Shown here: piece by piece, positions 1-19,856 of the stretch
Numbering within the stretch: position 1 is the first letter of the stretch
Layout: every line of letters begins with the position of its first letter
NCBI RefSeq assembly: GCF_009914755.1
Contig: NC_060947.1
Origin: the human T2T-CHM13v2.0 reference genome, Homo sapiens
Strand: one strand, 5' to 3'
DNA: 64,000 bases
The notes under the pieces: generated by a model
Databases searched by the model: none
Seen by the model: the letters and a program-made list of their open reading frames with translations, nothing else
Told to the model about the DNA's origin: nothing
Made by a program: the position numbers and the translations under genes

Positions 1-377
1 GCCAGAAATATATGGTCTATTGTGCCGACTTGGGAGTCTATCCACCAGTCTGCAACAGAATTCTGAGTGTTAGTGTCCATTATCCCATGGTCAGGACTTA
101 CGACCTTGACAACCTGGTGACCCAGTCAATTTTATCCTGCCTCCAATCCCTATTTTCCCTAGTCCCTGCCCAGATCAATGCATTTTGTTGTTTTTCCTCT
201 CTCCCTAATGCTTTGGCTTCCTTTCCCTTCATGTACTACACTCCAGACCTTCTCCTTGCTCTCTCAGATCCTTACAACAAATTCCCTGAAACTCCTGCTC
301 GGTGGCGCACAACTCCTTTACATTCTCAATTTCGATGGAAGTTACTTGTTCTTTCTACCTTAACTTAACCCTGATAA

Positions 378-840
<463 letters not shown>

Positions 841-1374
841 TGAAAAGGATCATGTTCCTTTGAGGCTCTGGCCATTTGGCTCTACTACTCTTCATCACTG
901 TCACCTACAAACCTATGATATACCCTTTCATACATTTAAAACCTTGGCACTTGGCTAACAGCTCTCTTCATCACAACTCCTGCCATCGTTCTGAATTAAT
1001 TCAATATTCATCCTGTCCAACCACTTGGCCTGTTTCTTCCATGACCTCATCTCTAATGTCCTTTTTCTACACTCATCTCAGTCACCTATGCCTACAGTTA
1101 CATCCTGAGTTTTATCATAACTTGAAACTTCTCTGCCTCAGAAACTTCCTATTTAAATATCCTGGTGGGACCAAAGCCTTCTCTCCTTACAGCCTGATAC
1201 ATTACTGCCTTCACTTCATCTCTTCTTACACTTCGTCAAAATTGCTAGGCGAACTAACTCATCTTTCTACCTTTCTTTATATCTCTGCTGTGTCAATTTT
1301 TTCCCCATCCACTAAGAATCCATGGTTCATGTTTTCAATGAATGCCTTGTAAATAACCCCAATTTGTTTTCCTC

Positions 1375-1810
1375 TTTAAAAATTTTTATCTTTAATTTTT
1401 ATACTACATAGTAAATGAATATGTTTATGGGGTACATGAGATGTTTTGTTTTGATACAGGTATACAATGCGTAATAATCACATCAGGGTAAATGGGGTAT
1501 CCATCACCTCAAGCCTTTATCCTTTCTTTGTTACAAACATTCCAGTTATACTCTTTTAATTGTTTAAAATGTGCTATAAATTATTGTTGACTGTATTCAC
1601 CCTGTTGTGCTATCAAATGCTAGATCTTACTAATTCTATCTAACTGTATTTTTGTACCCATTAACCAACCCCACACTCCACCCCACCACTAGCCTTCCCA
1701 GCCTCTGGTAACCATTGTTCTACTCTTTATTTCCACGTGTTCAGTTGTTTTAATTTTAAGTTCCCACAGATATGTGAGAGCATGAAAAGTTTGTTTTTCT
1801 GTGCCTATCT
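1375..1810 (-). mobile_element. Old L1MA-type 3' end fragment
   Basis: L1MA 3'UTR motifs (ggggtacatgagatg...ggggtatccatcacctcaagc). Confidence 0.85.
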
Positions 1811-1871
1811 TTGTTATTTTTGTGTAATTTTTCTCTTTTTTAATTTTTATTTTTTGTGGGTACATAATAGG

Positions 1872-2033
1872 TGGATTGTTTGTAACACAAAGGGTAAATG
1901 CATGAGGTGATGGATACCTCATTTACCTGGATGTAATTATTACACATTTTATGACTGTATCAAAATAATTACATCCAGGTAAATGAGGTATCCATCACCT
2001 CATGCATTTACCCTTTGTGTTACAAACAATCCA
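1872..2033. repeat. Perfect 70-bp inverted repeat with 22-bp spacer
   Basis: 1872-1941 is the exact reverse complement of 1964-2033. Confidence 0.97.
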
Positions 2034-2102
2034 ATTATATACTTTTAATTATGTTTAAATGCACAATAAATTATTGTTGATAGTAGCCACTCTGTTGTGC
2101 TA

Positions 2103-2400
<298 letters not shown>

Positions 2401-4099
2401 TTATTCATTCTTTCCATTTCTTTGTACCCATTAACCATTCCCATTTACCCCAACCCCACCACAATGCTTCCCAGCGTCTGGTAACCATCATTCTACTCTT
2501 TATAGCCATGAGTTCAATTGTTTTCATTTTTAGCTCCCATCAATAAGTGAGAACATGTGAAGTTTGTCTTTCTGTGCCTGGCTTGTTTTACTTAACATAA
2601 TGACCCCGATTCCACACATTCTTGCATATGACTACAACATTCCTTTTTTGGGCTCATTCTTTTTTATGGTTGAATAGTACTCCGTTGTGTATATGTGCCA
2701 CATTTTCTCTATCCCTTCATCTGTTGATGGACACTAAGATTGCTTCCAAATCTTGCCTAGTGTGACTAGAGCTTGAATAAACACAGGAGTGCAAATATCT
2801 CTTTGATATAATGATTTTCTTTCTTTTAGGTATATACTTAGCAGTGGGATTGCTGGATCATATGGTAGCTCAGTTTTTAGATTTTTGAAGAACCTCCAGA
2901 CTGTTCTCCATAGTGAATGTACTAATTTACATTCCCACCAACAGTGTATGAGAGTTTCCTTTTCTCCACAGTCTCACCAGCATTTGCTACTGCCTGTCTT
3001 TTGGATAAAAGCTATTTTAACTGAGGTGAAATGATATCTCATTGTAGTTTTTATTTGCATTTCTCTGATGGTCAGTGATATTGAGCACCTTTTCATATAC
3101 CTGTTTGCCTTTTGTATGTCTTCTTTTGGGAAATGTCTATTCAGATCTTATGCCCATTTTTAGTAGGATTATTAGATTTTTTTCTATAGAGTTGTTTGGG
3201 CTCCTTATATGTTCTAGTTATTAATCTCTTGTCAGATGGGTACTTTGCAAATCTTTTCTCAAATTTGGGGGTTGTCTCTTCACTTTCTTGATTGTTTCAT
3301 TTGCTGTACAGAAGCTTCTTAACTTGATGTGATCCCATTTGTCCATTTCTGCTTTGATTACCTGTGCTTGTGGGTTATTACTAAGGAAATCTTTACCTAA
3401 TCCAATGTCCAATTGGATGTTGCCCAATATTTTCTTGTAGTAGTTTCACAGTTTGAGATCTTAGATTTAATTCGTTAATCCATTTTGATTTGATGTTTGT
3501 GTATGGTGAGAGATAGGGGTCTAGTTTCATTCTTCTGCATGTAGATATACAGCTTTGCCAGCATCATTTATTGAAGAGACTGTCTTTTCCCCGAATGTAT
3601 GTTCTTGGGGTTTTTGTTAAAAATGAGTTCATTGTAAATGTACAAATTTATTTTTGGGTTCTCTACTCTGTTCCATTGGGTTAAGTTTCTGTTTTTATGC
3701 CAGTGCCATGCTGTTTTGCTTACTATGGCTCTGCAGTATAATTTGAAGTCAGGCAATGTAATTCCTCCAGTTTTGTTCTTTTTCCTCAGGATGGCTTTGG
3801 CTGTTCTGGATCTTTTCCATGTAAATTTTAGGACAGTTTTTTCTTTCTTATTTTTTTCTTTCTTTTTTTTTTATTATACTATAAGTTTTAGGGTACATGT
3901 GCACAATGTGCAGGTTTGTTACATATGTATACATGTGCCATGTTGTTGTGCTGCACCCATTAACTCGTCATTTAGCATTATGTATATCTCCTAATGCTAT
4001 CCCTCCCCCACCCCCCACCCCACAACAGGCCCCGATGTGTGATGTTCCCCTTCCTGTGTCCATGTGTTCTCATTGTTCAATTCCCACCTATGAGTGAGA

Positions 4100-8192
<4,093 letters not shown>

Positions 8193-8255
8193 TATGATGT
8201 TAGCTGGTTATTTTGCTCATTAGTTGATGCAGTTTCTTCCTAGCCTCAATGGTCT

Positions 8256-9273
8256 TTACAATTTGGCATGTTTTTGCAGTGGCTGGTACTGGTTGTTCCT
8301 TTCCATGTTTAGTGCTTCCTTCAGGAGTTCTTTTAGGGCAGGCCTGGTGGTGACAAAATCTCTCAGTATTTGCTTGTCTGTAAAGGATTTTATTTCTCCT
8401 TTGCTTATGAAGCTTAGTTTGGCTGGATATGAAATTCTGGGTTGAACATTCTTTTCTTTAAGAATGTTGAATATTGGCCCCCACTCTCTTCTGGCTTGTA
8501 GAGTTTCTGCCAAGAGATCAGCTGTTAGTCTGATGGGCTTCCCTTTGTGGGTAACCCGACCTTTCTCTCTGGCTGCCCTTAATATTTTTTCCTTCATTTC
8601 AACTTTGGTGAATCTGATAATTATGTGTCTTGGAGTTGCTCTTCTCGAGGAGTATCTTTGTGGCGTTCTCTGAATTTCCTGAATTTGAATGTTGGCCTGC
8701 CTTGCTAGATTGGGGAAGTTCTCCTGGATAATATCCTGCAGAGTGTTTTGCAACTTGGTTCCATTCTCCCCGTGACTTTCAGGTACACCAATCAGACGTA
8801 GATTTGGTCTTTTCACATAGTCCCATATTTCTTGGAGGCTTTGTTCATTTCTTTTTATTCTTTTTTCTCTAAACTTCTCTTCTCACTTCATTTCATTCAT
8901 TTGATCTTCCATCACTGATACCCTTTCTTCCAGTTGATGGAATCGGCTACTGAGGCTTGTGCATTTGTCACGTAGTTCTTGTGCCGTGGTTTTCAGCTCC
9001 ATCAGGTCCTTTAAGGACTTCTCTGCATTTGTTATTCTAGTTAGCCATTCGTCTAATTTTTTTTTCAAGGTTTTTAACTTCCTTGCTGTGGGTTCAAACT
9101 TCCTCCTTTAGCCCAGAGTAGTTTGATTGTCTGAAGCCTTCTTCTCTCAACTCATCAAAGTCATTCTCCGTCCAGCTTTGTTCGGTTGCTGGTGAGGAGC
9201 TGTGTTCCTTTGGAGGAGGAGAGGTGCTCTGATTTTTAGAGTTTCCAGTTTTTCTGCTCTGTTTTTTCCCCAT
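8256..9273 (-). pseudogene. L1 ORF1p of copy A, disrupted
   Basis: MGKKQSRK...QPLQKHAKL with internal stops. Confidence 0.95.
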
Positions 9274-9848
9274 CTTTGTGGTTTTATCTACCCTTGGTCT
9301 TTGATGATGGTGACGTACAGATGGGGTTTTGGTGTGGATGTCCTTTCTGTTTGTTAGTTTTCCTTCTAACAATCAGGACCCTCAGCTGCAGGTCTGTTGG
9401 AGTTTGCTGGAGGCCCACTCCAGACCCTGTTTGCCTCGGTATCAGTAGGGGAGGCTGCAGAACAGCAGATATTGGTGAACAGCAAATGTTGCTCCCTGAT
9501 CGTTCCTCTGGAAGTTTTGTCTCAGAGGAGTACCCGGCCGTGTGAGGTGTTAGACTGCCCCTACTGGGGGGGTGCCTCCCAGTTAGGCTTCTCGGGGGTC
9601 AGGGACCCACTTGAGGAGGCAGTCTGTCCGTTCTCAGATCTCCAGCTGCATGCTGGGAGAACCACTACTCTCTTCAAGCTGTCAGACAGGGACATTTGAG
9701 TCTGCAGAGGATTCTGCTGCCTTTTGTTTGGCTATGCCCTGCCCCCAGAGGTGGAATCTACAGAGGCAGGCAGGCCTCCTTGAGCTGCGGTGGGCTCCAC
9801 CCAGTTCGAGCTTCCTGGCCACTTTGTTTACCTACTCAAACCTCGGCA

Positions 9849-10031
9849 ATGGCGGGCGCCCCTCCCCCAGCCTCGCTGCCGCCTTGCAGTTTGATCTCAG
9901 ACTGCTGTGCTAGCAATGAGCGAGGCTCTGTGGGTGTAGGAGCCTCCGAGCCATGCGCAGGATATAATCTCCTGGTGTGCCGTTTTCTAAGACCATTGGA
10001 AAAGTGCAGTATTACGGTAGGAGTGACCTGA
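9849..10031 (+). pseudogene. L1 antisense ORF0 remnant (60 aa, premature stop)
   Basis: MAGAPPPASLPPCSLISDCCASN... in the antisense 5'UTR of copy A; TGA at 10029-10031. Confidence 0.8.
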
Positions 10032-10276
10032 TTTTCCAGGTGCTGTCTGTCACCCCTTTCTTTGACTAGGAAAGGGAATTCCCTGACCCCTGGAGCTTCC
10101 CGGGTGAGGCGATGTCTCAGTGCACCCACTGTCCTGCACCCACTGTCCGACACTCCCCAGTGAGATGAACCCGGTACCTCAGTTAGAAATGCAGAAATCA
10201 CCTGTCTTCTGCGTCGCTCACGCTGGGAGCTGTAGACTGGAGCTGTTCCTATTTGGCCATCTTGGCTTCACCCCCA

Positions 10277-10567
<291 letters not shown>

Positions 10568-10872
10568 TAGTTCTGTGAAGAATGTCATTGGCATTTTGAT
10601 AGGTATTGCCTTGAATCCATAGATTGCTTTGGGTAGTATAGACATTTTAACAATATTGATTCTTCCAGTCCATGGACATGTAATATCTTTCCATTTTTTG
10701 GTATCTTCTTCAATTTTTTGTCATCAGTGTTTTACAGTTTTCATTGTAGAGATATTTCACTTCTTTGGTTAAGTTAATTCCTATGTATTTTATTTGTAGC
10801 TATTGTAAATGGGGTTACTTTCTTGATTTCTTTTTCAGATTTTTCACTCTTGGCATGTAGAAATGTTACTGA

Positions 10873-11178
<306 letters not shown>

Positions 11179-11850
11179 TGTATGTTGATTTTTTTATCAT
11201 GCAAATTTACTAAATTTGTTGATCATTTCTAACAGATTTTTTCATGAAGTCTTTAGGTTTTTCAAAATATAAGAGCATATCATCTACAAATAAGGATAAT
11301 TTGACTTCTTCCTTTCCAATTTCTTTCTCTTGTCTAATTGCTCTAGCTAGGACTTCTAGTACTATTTTGAATAACAGTGATGAAAGTGGGCATCCTTGTC
11401 CTGTACAGATCTTAGAAGAAAGGCTTTCAGTTTTTCCCCATTCAGTATGATACTAGCTATGGCTCTGTCTTGTACAACTGTTATTGTGTTGAGATATGTT
11501 CCTTTTATACCCCATTTTCTTGAGGATTTTTATCATAAAGGGATGTTGAATTTTGTTAAATGCTTTTTCAGCATCGATTGAAATTATCATATGGTTTTGT
11601 GCTTCATTCTGTTGATATGATGCATCACATTGATTTGTGTTTGTTGAACCATTCTTGCATCCCTGGGATAAATCCCACTTGGTCATGATGAAGGATTTAA
11701 TGTGCTGAATTCAGTTGGCTAGTATTTTGTTGAGGAATTTTGCATCAATATCCATCAGAGTTATTGGCCCATAATTTTTTTTTATGTGTCTTTGTCTGTT
11801 TTTGGTATCAGGGTAATACTGACCTTCTAGAATGAGTTCAAAAGTATTCC

Positions 11851-11986
11851 AGAGGGGAGGGAACTTACAGGATGAGTCAATAGGTGCAGCACACCACCAT
11901 GGCACAAGTATACCTATGTAACAAACCTGCACTTTCTGCACATGTATCCCAGAACTTAAAGTAAAATAAATTAAAAAAAAAAAGAA
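11851..11986 (+). mobile_element. Short L1PA 3' end insertion
   Basis: L1PA 3'UTR end plus A tail; degenerate TSD aaaagtattcc/aaaatattcc. Confidence 0.85.
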
Positions 11987-12039
11987 AATATTCCCTCCTC
12001 CTTTATTATTTTTGGGATAGTTTGAGTAAGACCGGCACA

Positions 12040-12336
12040 CTTTTATTTTATTTTATTTTGTGTACATGAATAAGTTCTTCAGTGGTGATTTCTGAGATTT
12101 TGGTGCACCCATTGCCAGAGCAGTGTACATTGTACCCAATGTATAGTCTATCATCTGTTACCCCTGCCCTGAGTCCTTCCTCTGAGTTCCCAAAATCCAT
12201 TGTATCATTGTTATGCCTTTGCATCCTCATAGCTTAGTTCCCAATTATGAGTGAGAACATACAATGTTTGGCTTTCCATTCCTGAGTTACTTCACTTAGA
12301 ATAATGGTCTCCAATTCCATATAGGTTGCTGCAAAT
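12040..12336 (-). mobile_element. L1PB-type 3' end fragment
   Basis: agtggtgatttctgagattttggtgcaccc 3'UTR motif. Confidence 0.8.
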
Positions 12337-13966
12337 GAGGATTGGTATCAGTTCTTATTTAAATGTTTAGTAGAATTCAGCAGTGAAGCCATTGGGCCCT
12401 GAACTTTCTTTCCTGGGACACCCTTTATTATGGTTTCAATCTCATTACTTGTTATTGGTCTATTCAGGTTTTGGATTTCTTCATGGTTCCATCTTGGAAT
12501 GCTGTATGTGTCCAGGAGTTAATGAATTTCTTCTAGGTTTTCCCATTTATCGGCATATAGTTGCTCATAGTAGTCTCTAATGACCCATTGAATTTCTGTG
12601 GTATCTGCCGTAATGTCTCCTTTGGGTCTTGTCTCTTTTTTCTTGGGCTAAAGGTTTGTTGATTTTGTTTATCTTCTCAAAAACCCAAGCTTTCATTTTG
12701 TTGATATTTTGTATTTTTTATTTCAATTTTATTTATTTCTGCCCTGATCTTTATTATTTCATTTATTCTACTGATTTTAGGTTTGGTTTTCTCTTGCTTT
12801 TCTAGTTCTTTGAGATGCATTATTAGGTTGTTTGTTTGAAGTTTTTCTACTTTTTTGATGCAGGCACTTACTGCTATAAACTTCCCTATTAGTATTCCTT
12901 TTTCTGTAACCCATAGGTTTTGGTATGTTGTGTTTCTATTATCATTTGTTTCAAGAAATTTTTCAATTTCCTTCCTGATTTCTTCGTTGACCCACTGGGC
13001 ATTCAGGAGCATATTATTTAACTTCCATGTGCTTGTATACTTGCCAAAATTTCTCTTGTTTTTGATTTCTAGCTTCATTCCATTGTGGTCAGAGAAGATA
13101 CTTGATATTATTTTATTTTTTGAATTTTTAAAGACTTGTTTTGTGTCCTAACATATGGCTTATGGTCTATCTTTGAGATTGATCCATATGCTGAGGAGAA
13201 GAATGTGTATTCTGCAGCTGTTGGGTGAAATGTTCTGTAAATATCTATTAGGTCTATTTGGTCTATAGTGCCGGTTAAGTCCAATTTTTCTTTGTTGGTT
13301 ATCTGGGAGATCTGTCCAGTACTGAAAGTGGGGTGTTGACATCTCCAACTATGATCGTATTGGGGCCCATCTCTCTCTTTAGCTCTAACAATATTTGCTT
13401 TATATATCTGGGTGCTCAAATGTTGGGTGCATATATATTTAAAATTGTTATATCTTCTTGCTGAATCAACTCCTTTATTGTTATATAATGACCTTCTTTG
13501 TCTCGTCTTATAGTTTTTGTCTTGAAACCTATTTTGTCTAATGTAAGTAAAGCTACTCCTACTCATTTTTTTTTATTCCATTGGCATGGAATATCTTTTT
13601 CCATCACTTTATTTTCAGTCTATTTGTGTCTTTAGAGGTGACGTGTATTTCTTATAGGCAACAGATAGTTGGGTCTTGTTTTTTTTATTCATTCAGCCAC
13701 TCTATAGTTTTTGATTGGAGAGTTTAGTTCATTTTCATTTAGTGTTGTTATTGATAAACAGAACATACTCCTGCCATTTTGTTATTTGTTTTCTTGTTGT
13801 TTTGTGGTTTCTCTTCCTTCTTTCTTTCCTTCTTGTCTTCCTTTTTGTGAAGGTGATTTTCTCTGGTGGCATGTTTTAATTTCTTGCTTTTTATTTTTTG
13901 CGTATATCTTGCAGACTTTTTGATTTGAGGTTACCATGAGGCTTGCAAATAACATCTTATAATTTA

Positions 13967-14282
<316 letters not shown>

Positions 14283-14916
14283 TAACACTGATCACAAAAA
14301 CAAACCAAAAAATTAACAAACAAGCAAAGAGAAAATAAAACTCTACACTTTAACTTCAGCACCCCATTTTTTAATGTTGTTTTTATTTATCTCTTATTAT
14401 ATTGTCTATGTCTTGAAAAGTTGTTGTAGTTTTTATTTTGATAGGTTCATCTTTTAGTCTCTACTCAAAATATGAGTAGTTTACACACCACAGTTACAGT
14501 GTTATGTTATTCTATGTTAGTTAATAATATTCTGTATTTGTCTGTGTATTTACTATTAGCAGTGAGTTTTGTACCTTAAGATGATTTCTTATTATTCATT
14601 AACTTCCTTTTCTTTCAGATTGAAGAACTCCTTTTAGCATTTCTTGTAGGACAGGTCTAGTGTTGATGCAATCTCTCAGCTTTTGTTTGTCTGGAAAAGT
14701 ATTTCTATGTTTGAAGGATATTTTCACTGGATATACTATTCTAGGGTAAAAGTAGTTTTTTTCCTCCCCCTTCAGCACTTTAAATATGTCATGCCACTTT
14801 CCCCTGGCCTGTAAGGTTTCTACTGACAGGTCTGCTGCCAGATGTATTGGAGCTCCTTTGTATGTTATTTGTTTCTTTTCTCTTGCCAATAATTCATAGA
14901 TTTGCCACCCCCCACC

Positions 14917-15203
14917 TTTTTTGAGAAAGGGTCTGGCTCTGTCGCCAGGCTGGAGTGTGGTGGTGCAATCTCAGCTCATGCAGTCTTCACCTCCCAGACT
15001 CAAACCATTCTCCCACCTCAACCTCCTGAGTAGCTGGGACCACAGGCACATGCCTCCACACCCGGCTAATTTTTGTATTTTTGATAGAGACGGAGTTTCG
15101 TCATGTTGCCCAGGCTGGTCTCGAACTCCTGAATTTGAGAAATCTGCCTGCCTTGGCCTCCCAAAGTGCTGAGATCACGGGCATGAGCCACTGCTCCCAG
15201 CCA
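14917..15203 (-). mobile_element. AluJ-like element
   Basis: Diverged Alu with J-type positions. Confidence 0.88.
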
Positions 15204-16039
15204 GATTTGCTTTTTTGAGTCAAGTTTCTAAATCCTGTTTGTGTGCTTCATTATTTTTTATTCTTTTTTCTTTTGTCTCCTCTGACTATGTATTTTCGAA
15301 GAGCTTGTCTTCAAGCTCACTGATTCTTTCTTCTTGATCAATGCTGCTGTTGAGAGACTGATGCATTCTTCACTCTGCCAATTAAATTTTTCAGCTCCAG
15401 AATTTCTGCTTGATTCTTTCTAATTATTTTAATCTCTTTGTTAAATTTATCTGATAGAATTCTGAATTTCTTCTCTGTGTTTTCTTGAATTTCACTGAGC
15501 TTCCTTAAAGTAGTTGTTTTGTATTCTCTGTCTGAAAGGTTACATATCTCTGTCACTTCGGGATTGGTCACTGGTGCCTCATTTGTTGAGGTCATCTTTT
15601 CCTGGATGGTTATGATGCTCGTGAATGTTCATCAATGTCTGGGCATTGAAGAGTTAGGTATTTATTACAGTCTTCAGAGTCTGGGCTTGTTTGTACCCAC
15701 CCCTCTTGGGAAGCCTTTCCAAGTACTCAAAGGGAATTGAGCATTGTGATAAGTCTTTTGTCACTGCAGCTGTATCTGCATTAGAAGGCACCCCAAGCCC
15801 AGTAGCGCTGTGATTCTTACAGATTCATGAAGGTATTGTCTTGCAGTCTTGAGTAAGATTCTGGAGAATTCCCTAGATTACCAGGCAGATTCTTGTTCTC
15901 TTCCCTTACTTTCCCCCAAATAAATGGAGTCTCCGTCTCCGTGCTGAGCTGCCTGAAGCTGGGGGTGGTGGTGCCTCAAGAACCCCTGTGGCCACACCAC
16001 TGGGACTATGGTGGGTCAGACCCAAAGCCAACAGAGCAC

Positions 16040-17050
16040 TGGTCTTGCCCAAGGCCCACAGTAACCACTGCCTGGCTACCATCAATGTTTATTCAAGGGC
16101 TCTACAATCAGCAGGCGGTGAATCCAGACAGGTTGTGTCTTTCCTTTCAGGGTGGCAATCTCCCCACTAGCCCAAAACAGTCCAGAAATACCATCCAGGA
16201 GCCAGCAGCTGGAGTCAGGAGCCTTAGGAATATACTTGGTGCTCTACTCTACCGCAGCATAGCTGGCCCCCAAACCATAAGACAAAGTCCTTCCTACTCT
16301 TCCCTCTCCTTTCCTCAAACAGAAGTGTCTCCCCATGACCACCATCACCCCAGGCCCATGGCAAGTACTACCTGGCTACCATCAATGTTCACTCCAGGCC
16401 CAAGGGCTCTTCAGGCAGCTTGTGATTAATGCTGCCAGGCCTGGGACTCTCCCTCCAGGGCAGTGGGCTCCCCTCTGGCCAAGGGCAGGTCCAGAAATGG
16501 CATTCAGGAGCCAAGGCCTGTAATCAAGTCCCCAGGAGCTCACTTGGTGCTCTGCCCCACTGTGGCCAAGTTGGTACCCAAACTGCAAGACAGAGTCCCC
16601 CATACTTTTCCCCTTCCTTTCCTCAAGCAGAAGGAGTCTCTCTCCATAGCCATCACAGCTGGGAATGTGCTGGGTCACACTTGAAGCCAGCATGGCACTG
16701 TGTCTCACCCAAGGCCCACAGTGAATGCTGCCTAGATATCACTGATGTCTATTCAAGACCCGAGGGCTCTTTAGTCAGCAGATAATGAATCCTGTCAGAA
16801 TAGGCCCTTCTCTTCAAGGCAGCAGGTTCCGTTCTGGCCCAGGGTGTGTCTAGAGATGTCATCTGGGAGCTAGGTCCTGGAATGGGAGCCTCAGGACTCT
16901 GCCTGATGCCCTATTCTACTGTGGCTGAGCTGGCATCCAAGTTGCAAAACTGAGTCCTCTTTATTCTTCTCTCCTCTCTCCTCTCCTCAAGCAGAAGGAA
17001 GGACTCTCTCCCAGAGCTGTGAGCTGCACTGCCTGTGCTGGGGGAAGGAT
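16040..17050 (-). repeat. Three diverged ~300-360-bp units in the old L1 5'UTR
   Basis: Unit starts ccca(a)ggccca... at about 16048, 16348 and 16708. Confidence 0.8.
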
Positions 17051-17625
17051 AACACAAGCACTCCCTTGGCTGCCCAGGGTGGTGTCTCACTAGGTCATGT
17101 GCACCCCAAGTCTGTGCTGAGCCCAGCACAGCACTGGGACATGCCCAAGAATTGCCATCCTTATTACTTAGACTGCCTTTCAAGTTTATTTAGCACCCCA
17201 GAGCATTTTAGCCTGCAGTGGTGGGACTAGCCAGAACTCAGGTTCTGACCACTGGGATGGATGACTCCCTTCCGGCTGGGGCTAGCCTAAGTACTCCCTC
17301 CATGGGCACCAGCTGAATTCTGCTCCATGTTGCTTTCCACTGTGACAGGGCAGCACTGAGTTCCGGTGCAAAGTTTCACAACCATGTTGCTCTCCCTCCC
17401 CCAAGCACACAGATTGTCCCTCCACTCCTTGCAGCCACTGCTGGGGGATGGGAGAGGGGTGGTGTGGGCAATTCAAGACTGTCTTTCCTACCCTCTTCAG
17501 TGCCTCTTTTCTTGATATGATGTTAAAACCAGGTACTGTGACCACTCACCTGATTTTTGGTTCTTATGAAAGTACTTTCTTGTGTGGGGATAGTTGTTGA
17601 GTTTGGTGATCCTGCAGGTGGGATG

Positions 17626-18070
17626 TGTGAACCCAGAAAATCTGAGACAGGTCTCAGTTAATTTAGAAAGTTTATTTTGCCAAGGTTGAAGACGCACCCG
17701 TGACACAGCCCCAGGAAGTCCTGAGGACATGTACCCAAGGTGGTAGGGGCACAGCTTGGTTTTCTACATTTTAGGGAGACATGAGACATCAATCAGTATA
17801 TGTAAGAAGTACATTGGTTTGGTCTGGGAGGCGGGGCAACTTGAAGCAAAGGTGGGAAGAGAGCTTCGAGGTCACAGATAGGTGATACACAAACGATTGC
17901 ATTCTTTTGAGTTTCTGATGAGCCTTTCCAAAGGAGGCAGTCAGATATGCATCTATCTCAGTGAGCAGAGGGATAGCTTTGAATAGAATAGGAGGCAGCT
18001 TTGGCCTAAGCAGTTTCCAGCTTGAGTTCTCCCTAGTGATTTTGCGGCCCCAAGATATTTTCCTTTCACA
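17626..18070 (-). mobile_element. Solo LTR, MER4A-like (ERV1)
   Basis: TG...CA termini; 4-bp TSD gatg; tgtgaaaggaaaatatcttgggg start on minus. Confidence 0.9.
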
Positions 18071-18139
18071 GATGATTGCTGGCGGGTTTTATTTGGCCAT
18101 CTTGCTCTGCCACCCCGCCCCCCCACCTCATTGACTTTT

Positions 18140-19050
18140 CTTTGCACCCAACAGAACAAATCCAAACCACAGATGACTATGTTTTCTCCCTGCTTCCTCT
18201 TGGTTGCCAAGCATAACTGGAGAAAGTTACATAATGTGGCAGACTGTTACCACTCTAGATAAATGGTAGTGAATGTCAAATGGACCCTCCAAACTGACTG
18301 GTGATCTTATCCTGTTCCTCTTATCAATTCACTTCACCATTCACCACCTCTCCTCTCAAACTCAGCATATGATCTTCCCTCCTCCTTCACGGAGAAAATA
18401 GAAACTCTCAGTTGCAAACAATCTCAACTTTCCGCCAGGAAATCTATAAACCTGACTCAATTTGCATTCAATGTCTCCTCCTTCCCTTGTCTTATCTAAC
18501 ATTCACCCACCACTGGTACTTACTCTGCCCTTCCTACATTCCCAGTATCTTGAAGTATTGTTTATTCACTTGTATTGCTGTAATTTCCACCTTTCTCTCT
18601 CTACTGGCCCCATCTCATGAGTATTAAAACACGCTTATGTGTTTTAAGTGTTACATGTGGCCCTCTCCTCATTTCTGCATTTTTAATACACTTCTCAGCC
18701 CATTTCACTTTGATTTGGGCATCCAGGTACACTAAAAGTGCTCTGGCTAAAGTCACCAGTGACCAACAGGTTGCTAAACTAAACTGCCACTTTGTAGTTC
18801 CTCATCTCATTGACCCCTCATCAACATTTGACACAGAGTTGGTCACTCCCATTTTGAACATCTGGCCTTAACTTCTTTCATAACATGTTCCTACCATTTT
18901 GCCAGAAACATTTACAATAGCCAATCACTAATTGAAAATTCTTCAGAGATTTTTCCTAATCCTCTTCTTTTTTTCATCTTCTAGTTTTGTCTAATCGTTT
19001 TTCCTAAGCGATCTCACAGGCACCTATGGATCTAAGAACCACCTGTGTGC
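18140..19050 (+). mobile_element. L2 relic (RT region)
   Basis: aaagtcaccagtgacc...gttgctaaa and catttgacacag...ggtcactccc resemble L2 ORF2 motifs. Confidence 0.65.
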
Positions 19051-19418
19051 TGATGAAAAATACTCAGTAGGGACAAGATGGCCAACTAGACACAGCCAGG
19101 TAATGCCTCTCCCACTTAGAGAAACCAAAATATCAAGTAAATCATCACACTTTGAACAGATCTTTTTGAGAGAAAACACTAAGTCAATAGAGAGGTGAAG
19201 CTGGAAAGCCAGCACGGAGTCACTGACTACCCAGACTGGCTCCCAGTCCTGAAAAGGTCCTAAAGAAGTGGTAAGTGAAGGAACTCTAGAGCACCTCACT
19301 CTCACCACAGACCTCTGGGATCCTAGCCACAGAGATCCCATGACTCCCATAGACATTTGAACTGGGAAGGGGAACTGCCCAGAGAGTAGGCAGAACCAGA
19401 GCTCAAAGATGAGTGGAG

Positions 19419-19856
<438 letters not shown>

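Noticed and set aside
15893-17545. Overlapping GC-rich ORFs and a ~300-bp repeat array
   Set aside because: This is the 5'UTR of the old L1; repeated units are expected there and are not a CRISPR-like array or a gene.
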